DNA from: Gnetum montanum
Taxonomy: Eukaryota; Plantae; Gnetophyta
Length of the DNA stretch: 64,000 bases
Direction of reading: 5' to 3'
NCBI GenBank assembly: GCA_015680685.1
Contig: MNCI01002465.1
Span: 113,268 to 177,267, forward strand
Shown: positions 36,833 to 48,951 of the stretch, one piece after another
How the letters are laid out: each line of letters starts with the position of its first letter
Position numbering within the stretch: position 1 is the first letter of the stretch
Notes under the pieces: generated by a model
Databases searched by the model: none
The model's input: the letters and a program-made list of their open reading frames with translations, nothing else
Told to the model about the DNA's origin: nothing
Program-made: the position numbers and the translations under genes

Positions 36833-38805
36833 TATCATCATCATCATCCTAGCCTTGTTCTAATAAAATAAGGTAAGCTAAATAAGTTATTTTTTGTTAT
36901 TCAACTCTATGAAGAGCTAGATCTTTGTTTATTTATAGTTTCTTCAAATCATCTTTGATCAATGTTTCCATGTCTTCTTTGATTTTCCTTTCAGTTGCTT
37001 TGCTGGAATAGTGATGTAGTAATCTTTGTTTATAGGCTCATTTATTAATCTTCTTTGCATATTTCTAAACCATCTAAGCCATTATTCTTGTAGTTTATCT
37101 AGAATAAAACACACTCCAAGTATTCCTTGTTGGCCTTTTGGCATGTCAAAACCTTAAGAAAAATGGGGAACAAAGGATGTTTGTTGTGGATGTTGTATTT
37201 ACAAGACAAGAATAAGAACTTCACATCATGGATAAGGACTCAAGAAAGCATGGCTATCAAAGTAAAATACTTCATAGGAAAAATGAGAGCATGAAAAAGT
37301 ATGAAGAATACAAGCTAAATGAAGATGCTCTAGAAATTGAGAGGAAGTTGAATCAATAAGAGAAAGCCTAAGAAACCAGAGCTTAAAAGTTGAGAAGACA
37401 TCTCCAAGGAACATAAGACTTCTTGACTAAGAGGAAGTCAATCACAGGAAGACATCTTCCAAAAATAGAAGATGTCTCCTTTGGAAAGAAGATGTCTCCC
37501 TAGAGACATCTCATTCTAAAAGGAGACATCTCCCCCAAAGTTGAAGTTGAATATAGATAGACATTCCAATCTTGGAGGAGATGTCTACACTAGCTTTTGG
37601 ATAGTTGTTGCACAAATTCTAAGGTATTTTAGAAAACTTCGATGCTATAATAAAACTTCAAAATATTTAGTATTATGAAAAATAATTATTAAAATAAAAT
37701 CTATCATTGTCTATATTATGTTGTCATACTTGTGTACTTAAATTGTCACATCATTTGTTAGGTTGTTTATGGAACTATGCTTCATTATACAAGAAATTTG
37801 CAAATTGATTTACACTCTCTACTTGTAGTTCTTTTTCTTTTCTTGTTGCCCTAAAGGGTTGATATGCTTGTTGTGAGAAGGCATCCTTTTAGAGCTTGTC
37901 TAGATCTTATGGAATTGAGTTTTTTTGCTATGTCAAAATATTCCAGAGAAGAGCTCTATTTTGTATAGGTTGTGGGATCCTTTAAACCACTCTTAAGCTT
38001 GTTAGGACCTTGCAGGGTTGAGAGTTGTTGTAGTGATGAAAATCTCTTTAGTAGAGCTCAAACTTTGTAATGCTTGGATTATGCTCTAAACCACATTTTG
38101 AAAGAAACAAAGTCCAAAGGTGTGCAAGGAATTTAGCCTCTAAGTGTGGACTACCCAATTTGGGGAACAACATAATTCTTGTGTGTTGTGTAATAGGTGT
38201 TGCTTGCAATTCAGGGAACTTATTCATCATCCCTTCTAAGTTCTCAGTCCTCATTCATCTAATATCTCTATTATTTAGTTTATCTCTTCTAGTAACTTTC
38301 AACATCTAGTGAAGTATTCACATTTCTTCCATACTAATTTGTTATTCATGCATCTTTTGTACTACCCAACATTTAGCATCATATAAGATAGCAAGCCTAA
38401 TGAATGTTTGGTAAAATTTTATCTTCAATTTTATTGGTATTCATTAACACATAAAAAGAAGTGTCTCCATTTTGACCATCCTTGCTCAATTTTATTTCTT
38501 ATATATTTATCAATTTCACCATCTAATTGGAGGACTGATCCTAGGTAGTGGAATTATTTATAGTGAGGGACCTTTGGCCTTGAATTAGCACTTCAATCTC
38601 ATCATAATTTATGCTAGTATCAAAATTGCATTCCATATATTTTATCTTACTTCTACTATTTGTTAAGCCTTTTGATTCTAGAGCATGTTTCCACTTCTCC
38701 ATTTTAGAAGTAATATTTTCTCAAGCAATATCCACCAACACAATATCATCTGCAAATAGCATACACCAAGGAATTTTATCTTATATTTTCTTTGTTAATT
38801 CATTC
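36833..38805 (-). mobile_element. 5'-truncated RTE-clade LINE fragment, interrupted by a solo LTR
   Basis: Minus-strand IPWCMLFADDIVLVD (~38773-38730) and FHYLGSVLQLDGEID (~38555-38510); (GAT)n tail at 36834-36848, the tandem-repeat tail type seen in RTE elements. Confidence 0.85.
37128..38253 (+). mobile_element. Solo LTR related to the D/F Sirevirus-like LTRs
   Basis: Starts TGTTGGCCTTTTGGCATGTCAAAACCTTAAGAAAAATG, ends CCCTTCTAAGTTCTCAGTCCTCA. TSD TTCCT/TTCAT. No PBS or PPT adjacent. Confidence 0.88.
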
Positions 38806-40269
38806 CTTGGTTTTGATTTTTTTCCAATGTGAAAATCAATTCATAGTGAATTAATTCAAAGATTTCATTAATTTGAAAAAAAAATCACCTTAGCTAAATA
38901 ACAAATATATTTTATAAAAAAATATATAGTTAGATTTTTCATTTATTTTTTTACTAATGAAAGTGGCCTAAGTAATTACCTTATTATCTCGTAAGGATTT
39001 GCAGACAACATATTGCTAGTTTTTTTTGGTGTTCTAACCACCTAATTGAGGCATTGTTATATTGTGCTTAAGTTCTTTTAAATATTAGGTATATGTCTTA
39101 GGGTGTACTTGTGATCTAATTATTTTAGATTTCAATATATTATGTAGTTTTCAATATAATACATTGTTCTTTTTAATAATTTTTTTCCAAATTTCGTTAT
39201 ATATATAGTATTAAATTTAGTTTTAAAAAATAAGAGCCCATATTCAAAGCAAGTACTATTTAGGTTGTGGTAGTATGCTACCTTACGACCGAGTCACATG
39301 GCATGGTTTTTTTCTACTGTTATGGCTCAGCATGGTCATCTCACACAAGACATCATACATCAATAGATATACCATGGTTAAAAGCATTCTTTTTTGGATG
39401 TTAATTTAATTGAATTATGGACTATAACTATGCTATAATGGAAAAAGGTGGCAAACTACCATGTGATTTTTTTTATTTTTACTTATTATCAAGTGATGCA
39501 AAACTTGTGGAAGTATCATTGCAGAATTCATATAAGAAGAAATGTTGTGATTTCTATAAGAAGCAATTGTATATTTTAAGCACTATGTTTAACATGTACT
39601 TTTGTTTTTTTTTAAGTTTTAAAATTTTAGGTGCTAAATATCTTCACATTTTTTATTTTCATCTAATGAAATTATAGAGTAAGTCACCGTTCACCATATC
39701 AAAGTTCAGTGATTTCAAAATCGAAAACATGAAAACATCTAAACTTTTTGAAGGTAAGGCTAGCTTGGGAGAAAAGCAAAGGACTTCCAATAATCCATAA
39801 ATAGGAATTGAAAATCAAAATTGATAACTAAGTTCTGGTACAAAGCATAACATTTTGAAGATTTTTAGGATAGATGCTTTGTATTTTGCAAATGGTTCTA
39901 AAGTAAATATATCTTTAAACCATAAATATTTAGAAAATCTTGTGTCTAGAAAAACATGTTATATACCACTAAATTTTATTTTGGCCAATGTAAATAGTCA
40001 TATTCCCAAATATTCATGCATGGTTATAAAAAGCATTTGGAATGAAGGGAAAAAATGAGGGCCTCAAGGAAAATTTTAGCATTGAAAATATTTATGCATA
40101 TATTTTGGGTGTTTAGGAAACTCAATAATAGTTAAAGATCAATTCACTTCTATTTCTATTCATTTCCTAGAAGAAAAATTGAAGCTTTAATTTTCATATG
40201 ATGATATAGGTTCCTTATGTTTTTTTATGGAAAGTTATTAATTACAAAATAGATGCAAAATTGCAAGAA

Positions 40270-41050
40270 AGAGATTGGAGATGATTAAAAACTAAAGTGA
40301 CTATTCTTATTTCAAAATTCAAAGAGACATATATTAAAAAGGCCAGTTATGGATTTGTGTTGCAAAAACACTAGGAAGAAGTTACAAAAGAAATAAATGA
40401 AACATGTCATGTAAACTTAATAGGAACTCAATGTAAAGACAAATGGCATCATTTAGGAAAAAAAACACAAGGAAAAAATCTACAATTACAAATAAGAAGC
40501 AAATATTTTGCATGGAAATATTTTCAGGATATTCATTTGATTCTTAGGACATAATAAAAAATAAATGGTCTCTCATTAGGATTCAATGGAAAATGGAAAA
40601 TGAATGTAGAGTTAGAGAACATATCATAGAAATTGAAGAAGAACCTATAGTAGAAATAGAATACCTGGATAAATGCAAAAAGGCATATGAACAAGTCCCT
40701 TTTTCATGAAATAAAATTAAATTCAAAAAGGATGGAGTTGAGGGACAATGCATTAAAAAGGAAAGAAAAATTAAAGGATTAGAATATGCTATTAGAAGCA
40801 GTGTTAAACATTTGACAAATATTATAAAGAAGGTAAATGAAAATAGAATTAATTTTAAAAGGGTAAAGATACATCATTTGGAAAATATGACAAAACTATT
40901 AGTTGAGAAGCAAGGTATTTCATATTTTTATTATGTAGTAATGTTAATTTAACTTATTTTAATAAAAAGAGGTCTATTTAAGTATTTTTATTTATTTCTT
41001 AGCCCTTAATTTGTACTTATAGGTTGATTAAGTCTATGAAGCAAGATGGG
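40270..41050 (+). pseudogene. Myb/SANT-like (trihelix) DNA-binding ORF of a PIF/Harbinger transposon, degenerate
   Basis: Translates to W...KVTILISKFKE...GFVLQKH*EEVTKEINETCHVNLIGTQCKDKWHHL, the W..L..W..QC.DKW..L pattern. Possible intron 40915-41022. Confidence 0.65.
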
Positions 41051-41452
41051 AGAATGTTTTTTTCATTGTAAACATCTATTTTTGCAATTTTATTTGATTT
41101 TAATTGTCAAATCTAAGACATTATAAAGTTGAAGCTAGAACATATCTTTTGTAGTGCTTTGAGTTTTGTTTATTTTCTCTTTAAAGCCAAGTTAGGAAAT
41201 TATAAACTTTAAGCCAAAAAAAACATGTGTCTATCATGGTTATTCATTATTTAAAACCAAATCCAAGACCTTTTACTTTTGAAGCTATTTGAACTATATC
41301 ATGAAATACCTTGTAAGTTACTTCCATATCTTTTCCTCACATAAGTAGTAATAATAGCATGGTGACATTCATATTGTAAATCACTTCCATGTTTATTTTT
41401 ACTTTTTATTTTTATGTTAGTGTATTGGAATAGGAAAAGGAGGACCACTTGG

Positions 41453-44400
41453 TGTAACATGTGTTTATGTGTTGACATGGCCTCCATATCTGTTGATGCT
41501 TATACGCATTGGCATAACATGTTTTTATAGTGGCATTGGGGTGGCATCCACATCTAGATGGGGTTTTGGGTCTCTTAGTTTTCAAATTTTCTCTCATAGT
41601 AACCAATTCCATGGCCTATAAATTTGTTGTTGATGGGAGAACAAAGGCACCACAAATCATAGCAGGATTGTAGTTAAGGTCCCTTTCATAGATGCTTGGA
41701 GGTTGCATACACCATTGTTGCAGAGCATGTATGTGAAAGAAGAATATAAATAAGATTAATCGAAGGCATCAATGGCTAGAGGTTAGTTCCATTTCTTCTA
41801 CATTCTACACTTTAATTACTTATGCAATTTGGTTTTTTCTACATAATTATTTTCTTATATTTGGTATCAGAGCATTAGATCCCTATCTTGATGCATTTTG
41901 ATGATGGTGTAATTGTCTGTATTGACTGGAATCTAGTTATTGAGTTTGAATTAAATTGAATTTTGGATTTGTCATCCACTTCACTAGCACATGGGATATT
42001 TAAGTATGTTATGTTGCCCATGAGCATTTAATGTTGAATGGCCTGTGTTGTTGTACCCATTGCCTGTATTGCTATGCTTGTTGCCCAGTTTACTGTGTTA
42101 TTAGAACCATCAAGATTACTGTGTTTACTCCATAGGATACAATAGGTTTGTTTTTTCCTATAATTTTAAGAATTCAGTCATGACCATCATGTTTCAATGA
42201 GTCAATGAAGGATATTTTACTGCCAGTTTAGTTACTTAAAAGCATGTGGATTATGTTTTATGACTTAACTGTAAAAATATACATAATGGTCATGGAAAAT
42301 TATTGTGTAACTATGTAACATGTATCAATCTATGATCATCAGTGTTTTTATTTTAAAAAAAATGACAGGGTTTTAACCTAGTGTTTCCTTTTCCCACCCA
42401 TCACAATCCAAAGGTATCATGACTATAAAGTATTATAAGTCAAAGGATAACTTTGCTAATGTCCTAAGAAAGTTGGTTATATGCATTTTTGATAAAATTA
42501 TGTTTATACCATGTTAAATTTGGTAATTTATCAATTTTATGCATATTTTGTATATGTATGCATCATTATAACTAGTGATCTATATAATTTTGTATAATTA
42601 GAGAGTAGCCACAACATCTTTAATTATGCAAAATTATGTACTAAGAGCTTTTGGATCACATATGGTACACAACATTAAAAATTGTGATTAATCATATGTA
42701 ATATGATAAATTTTATTCCACAAGAATTTTTATTGTATTTAATATGATTAATTAGGATGATATGTTAAATTATTTTTCTTAATTTGCCCACAGGGATTAA
42801 AAAAAGGAATATAATTTAATAGTTTCATCATAAGGACATATAAATTTTTTTAAATTAAAATTTAGCCCACAGGCAATTTTATGTCATTTCATTCATATTT
42901 TTTAGGTTTTACATTGATAAACATGTCTTATGGTATTTAACCTCAAATTTAGTGACATAAGCATGCTTGATTATGTAGATGTACAACCTATAAGCTACTT
43001 TGATTTTAAATGTGACATTCCTAAATTAAAGGGTGATAATTATAAGGTGTGGAAGGAGAAAATTCTTCTTCATTTAGGCTAGATGGACATGGATTATGCT
43101 ATCCATAAGGATGAACCACCTTCCATCATAGCAATCAACCATCTGGATGATATTGGTAATTATGAAAAATGGGAACAATCTAATTGCCTCTGTGTCATGT
43201 TCATAAAAACTAAGATCTCAGTTGGTATGCGTGGTTCACTGGTACATTTTGACAATGTGTGTACTTTGTTAAAGGCCATCGATAAAAAATTTGAGTCATT
43301 AGACAAGGTGTCGGCCAACACCTTGATAATGAAGTTCTCATCCATGAAGCTCACTAAAACTTGTGGTGTGCATGAGCACATCATGCAAATGAGGGATATA
43401 GTGGCTCAACTCAAAACACTTGAGGTTGAGATGTTAGAATCTTTTGTTTGTGCACTACATCTTAAACATGCTCCCATTATAATATGGACCCTTTAATATT
43501 TCTTATAATACACATAAAGACAAATGGTCAATCAATGAACTAATGACCATGTGTGTGCAAGAAGAGGGGAGACTTTCTATGGAAGTGAAAGAGAGTGTGC
43601 AACTCGCTACACAAGGAAAGAATAAAGAACAAGGCCAAGGCAAGAGGAAGGTCAGCTTGCTTGCACAAGCTGATATTAAGAAGTAATCTAGTTGTTTTTT
43701 CTACAAAAAGAAAGGGAATATAAAGAAGGATTATTCTAAATATCAGAAATGGCTTGAAAAGAAAGGTACTGAACTCTCACTTGTATGTTTTAAATCTAAT
43801 ATGGTTGATGTTGGCCATGACACATGGTGGATTGATTTTGGTTCTACAATCCATGTTACCAATTCCTTGGAGGGGGTGAAAAACATAAGGAAGCTAATGG
43901 AAAGTGAGTCATGCATCTATTCGGGTAATAAGATGTGCTCACATGTGGAGGCATTTGGAACATGCAAATTAGTTTTAAGTAGTGATTTTGTTTTAGAGTT
44001 GGAAAAGACATTTTATATTCCCATTTTTTCAAGGAATTTAATTTATGTTTCAAGGCTTGTATCATTGGGATTTTCCTTTAATTTTTAAGATACTATATTC
44101 AGTTTATATTATAGATTTGAACTTATTGGAAATGGTACATTGATAGATGGTTTTTTCAAATTTAGTTTATAAAATGAAACTTCTTATACTTCTATGCATG
44201 TTCATGCTAGCATTAAGAGATGTGTTATGAATGAAAAATCCTCTATGTTGTGGCATCATAGATTAGGACATATCTCTATTAAGAGAATAAAGAGATTAGT
44301 AAATTATGGAGTAATTAGTACTCTATATTTTATTGACTTTGACACTTGTGTGGACTGCATAAATGGAAAGTAGATCAATATGTCAAAGAAAGATGCCAAG

Positions 44401-47400
44401 AGGAGTTCAGACATATTAGAGATAATACATATAGATATTTGTAGTCTAGATATGGATGCATATGGTCAAAGGTATTTCATTACCTTTATTGATTATTATT
44501 CACAATATATATATATATACCTACTTCATAACAAGAGTGAAGCTTTAGATGCCTTTAAGGTGTTTAAGGCTGAAGTAGAGAAACAATGCAGTAAGCAAAT
44601 AAAGATAGTGAGATTTGATAGAGGTGGTGAATACTATGGTAGATATACTGATGATGGACAAGCACCTAGTCCATTTGCTAAGTTTCTTCAAGAACATGGG
44701 ATTGTTGCCCAGTACACTATGCCTGGTTCCCCAGATCAGAATGGTGTGGCAGAAAGAAGAAAGCAAACATTATTGGACATAGTGCAGAGTATGCTTAGCA
44801 GCTCCAAGCTTACTAAGTCCTTGTGGATAGAAGCTCTTAAGATGGCCATGTATATATTAAACCAGGCTTCAACCAAGGATGTCTCAAAGATACCATTTGA
44901 ATTATGGAAATTTTGGAAATCGAGTTTGTGACATATACACATTTGGGGATGCTCCTCTAAAGTAAGAGTCTATAATCCACAAGAAAAAAGGCTAGACCCA
45001 AGGACCATAAGTGGGTATTTTGTTGGATATGCTAAATAGTCTAAGGGATAAAAATTTTATTATCCATCTTATACTGCTAGGTTTGTGGAATCAAGGAATT
45101 CTCAACCCACTATTTCAAATGATAGGTTGATTGTTGTGCACAATATGCCTAGAGAAAAAATGTGTAATGAACAAAAACTAGTCATTGAAGTTTCACAAAC
45201 CACTGATTAAGAAGTAGTAGATCTAGCTGAACAATAGATACTAGAACCTATTGAATAGCCTGTTGAACATCATGATCCTCAAGAGAATGATGAACCAACA
45301 TTAAGAAGATCTATTAGAGTAAGACGATCAATGATTCCTAGTGACTATATGGTGTATCTATAGGAGTCTGACTACAACATAGGAGCTGAAAATGATCCTG
45401 AAATGTTTTCACAAGCCATGACTTGTAAGGAATCTAACTTGTGGCATGATGCCATGAAAGATGAGATGAACTCTATGTCATCTAATGGAGTTTGGGATCT
45501 TGTCAAGTTGCTTGATGATGTAAAAGCCATTGGATGCAAATGGGTCTTTAAGACTAAGAAAGACTGATTGGGAAACATTGAAAGATATAAGGCCAGACTT
45601 GTCGCTAAAGGGTTCACTTAGAAAGAGGGAATAGATTACAAGGAGACCTTTTCTCCTATATCTAAGAAGGACTCCCTTCATGTTATCATGGCATTGGTTG
45701 CCCATTTTGATCTTGAATTACATCAAATGGATGTGAAAACAACATTCCTTAATGGTGATCTAGAGGAAGAGGTTTATATGAAACAACGTAAAGGATTTTC
45801 CCCTAGTGATGGTGAGCAATTGGTATGCAAGCTCAAGAAATCCATATATGGATTGAAATAGGCCTTCCATCAATGGTACTTAAAATTCCATGATATCATC
45901 ACATCATTTATTTTTGAAGAAAACATCATGGACCAATGTATATACCAAACGGATAGTGGGAGCAAAATCTATTTCCTCATTCTATATGTGGTGGTATCCT
46001 TCTTGCAACCAATAATAGTGGATATCTATACAAGTTGAAACATTTTCTATCTAAGAATTTCAAGATGAAGGATCTAGGTGAGGCATCTTATGTCATTGGC
46101 ATTCAAATCCATAAGGATAGATCTAGATGTATTCTAGGATTGTCATAGGAAACCTATATCAATAAAGTTTTAGAGAGGTTTTAGATGAAAGATTGTTCAC
46201 CAAGTATAGCACCCATTGTGAAGGATGATAGGTTCAATTTGAACCAATGCCCTAGGAATGATTTAGAGAAGAGTAAAATGAGAAATATTCTATATGCTTC
46301 AACTATTGGAAGCCTTATGTATACTCAGGTTTGTACAAGACCTAACATAGCATTTGCTGTGAGAATGTTGGGCAGATATTAGAGTAATCCAACTATTGAC
46401 CACTAGAGGGCTACAAAGAAAGTGATGAGGTACCTTCAAGGTACAAAAGAAAACATGATCATGTATAAATGAACTGACTCCTTGGAGTTGATTAGCTACT
46501 CCAATTCAGACTTTGCTGGTTGTGTTGATTCACAGAAATCCACATCTAGTTATGTTTTTATGCTAGCTAGAGGAGCTATATCATTGAGGAGTGGAAAGAA
46601 AACTTCGGTTGCTACTTCCACCATGGAGGTAGATTTTTTTTCTTATTTTGAGGCTACTTCACATGGTGTAAGGCTAAATAGTTTCATAACAGGGCTTAGA
46701 ATTGTGGATTCTATATCTAGGCCATTAAGAATGTTTTGTGATAATTCAGTTGTTGTCTTTATGGCTAAGAATAATAAGAGTGGCAATCAAAGTAAACACA
46801 TTGACATAAAATACTTAGCCATAAGGGAATGCATTAAAGAAAACAAAGTGATCATTGCACATATAAGCACTAAATTAATGATAACTGATCCTTTGACAAA
46901 AGGAATGCCACCGAAGTCATTTAAGGATCATGTATTTTGAATGGGACTTGTTTCCATAATGTAATTTTTTGTACGTACAACTTATAGTCTTAATGAAACT
47001 CTTATTCAGTTGTATTATTTTCTCATATGGTTTGTGCATATAGTTATTAGAGAAAATACACATACAACAGGGCCTTTAATGAACATTGGGTTTATTCATA
47101 AAGTTATGTTACCATATAAGGATTTACATTTGAGAGATAATGCATTATGATACATGGAAGATAATACTCACATTAAGAGAAAATATTGCCATGATTCATG
47201 CATGTATTTCTTGAACTCTAGACTTGATTAAATATGTAGACCAAGTGGGAGATTGTAACACAAGTTTATGCATTGAGGTGACCTTCATATCCGTTGATGC
47301 TTATACGTGTTGGCATAATGCATTTTTGTGTGGCATTGGGGTGGTGTCCACATCCGGATGGGGTTTTGGATCCCTTATTTTTCAAATTTTCTCTCATGGT

Positions 47401-47660
47401 AATTGATTTTGTGGCCTATAAATTCATTCTTGATGGGAGAACAAAGGCACCTCGAATCACAGCAAGATTGCAGTTCAGGTCCCTTTCACAGATGCTTGGA
47501 GGTTGCATACACCATCGTTGTAGAGTGCTGATGTGAAAGAAGAATTTGAAAAATATTAATCGAAGGCATCAATGGCTAGAGGTTAATTCCATTGCTTTCA
47601 AATTTTGTACTTTAATTACTTGTGCAATCTGGTTTTTTTTTTCACAATTATTTTCTTACA
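41453..47660 (+). mobile_element. Full-length degenerate Ty1/copia retrotransposon (element E; TAR-like lineage tentative)
   Basis: 407-bp LTRs 41453-41859 and 47254-47660. TSD CTTGG/CTTCG. Met PBS TGGTATCAGAGC 41862-41873. PPT AAGTGGGAGAT. Long 5' leader. Confidence 0.93.
42979..46963 (+). pseudogene. Degenerate gag-PR-INT-RT-RNase H polyprotein of element E
   Basis: ORFs 43083-43496 (gag), 43801-44088 (WWIDFGSTIHV protease), 44380-44931 (integrase, DRGGEY, QNGVAERR), RT (HQMDVKTTFLNG), 46482-46940 (RNase H, SKHIDIKY). Interrupted by stops. Confidence 0.93.
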
Positions 47661-48951
47661 CTTCGAGGATGATACAGTATTCATTTTCAAGTTGTAAGAC
47701 CTAGGTTTGAGCCTAGGAAGAGCACTTAAAATAGATTAGGCTATTGTTTATCCACTACCCTCCCAGGACCTTACTTTATCAAGATGACCATTGAGACTCT
47801 AGGTGATGATCTTTTGTGTTGGAACTGAAACTAAAAGACTACATGTACCCTTAAGACATAATGAACATAAAACTTTCATTGAATTGAAACAAAACACACC
47901 ATATCATACCTACTGAAATCAAACCTTTGATTTGCAAATCATAAGGTGTAGATTGTAACATAGAATATTATAAAAGTAAGCAAAATGTCTTGAAATATGG
48001 AATGTCTTCAGCTTAAAAACTACTTAATTCTTTTGTGATATTTAATAATCCTATAGTAAATAATGCTACATTACTAATTACATAAAAATGAGACTTAAAT
48101 CTCTTTCCAAATTAAATGACTATTAACAACCAAAATAATGGATCGTGAACATTTACAAATTTTCTTGTAGCATAAGAAATTAGAATGTATTTATTTATGG
48201 AAACATTTATTTGTGATTTGTCTCAACTACCATTCTCATCTTTAGTTCCTCATAATTGGGTCATGTAACCATAACCAATTCTATTTTGGATTCAAAAAGT
48301 TTAATCATTTTTTTTTACAATTTTGCTGTCATACACAGTAAGGGTCTTACAATCAAACACTTTCTCTATGTCAAAAATGACATGATAACTATCAACCTTG
48401 TGCCTATAATAGTACAACTTTTTGTTTTTCATATTAAAGTTCATGATCTCCATAGTGCTACTCACTTGGAAATCATGCTATATAATGTCTTACAATCAAG
48501 ATATCTTGCATGAATCATAAACACACTAATATGGAGCCTTCAAGTATTCCAATTCAAACAAAACAAAAAGAAAAAAGAAATGAAGGTAATAGAGAACTAT
48601 GTGCAATGTGTTTATATAATAATTTTAATAAGATAATAATTCCAAAGAGAATTATATAATGTGTTTGTACAAGAATTTTAATATGATAATAATTCCAAAC
48701 TATCTGGAGAGAAGGTCTTAAATCTTCTGAAATATAACTCATTAGCTCCAAGTGCAAAAGAGAAGCCTATGGAATTTCCAAACATACATATTTTATTAAT
48801 AATAATGGATTTACAAGTATGCTTCGAGACTTAATAAATTGATTAAGAAATTACTTCTTCTTCCACATATTTTTATAAAATTAGGATTATCTATGTTGTT
48901 ATAGCTTTATTATTTACTATTACTTAACAATAGCTTTCTTGATTTTTGTAT

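Larger units (their letters stand above)
41431..47814 (+). mobile_element. Au-like tRNA-derived SINE (41431-41452 + 47661-47814) split by copia E
   Basis: B box GGTTTGAGCC 47704-47713, then TAGGCT, CCCTCCCAGGACC and a T-tail, resembling the Au SINE layout. TSD TGTATTGGAA (41421-41430)/TGTGTTGGAA (47815-47824). Confidence 0.6.

Noticed and set aside
42575-42890. CRISPR-like reading of the hairpin array or of the 34.6-35.0 kb motif array
   Set aside because: Eukaryotic retrotransposon context, no identical direct repeats with regular spacers, and no cas genes.
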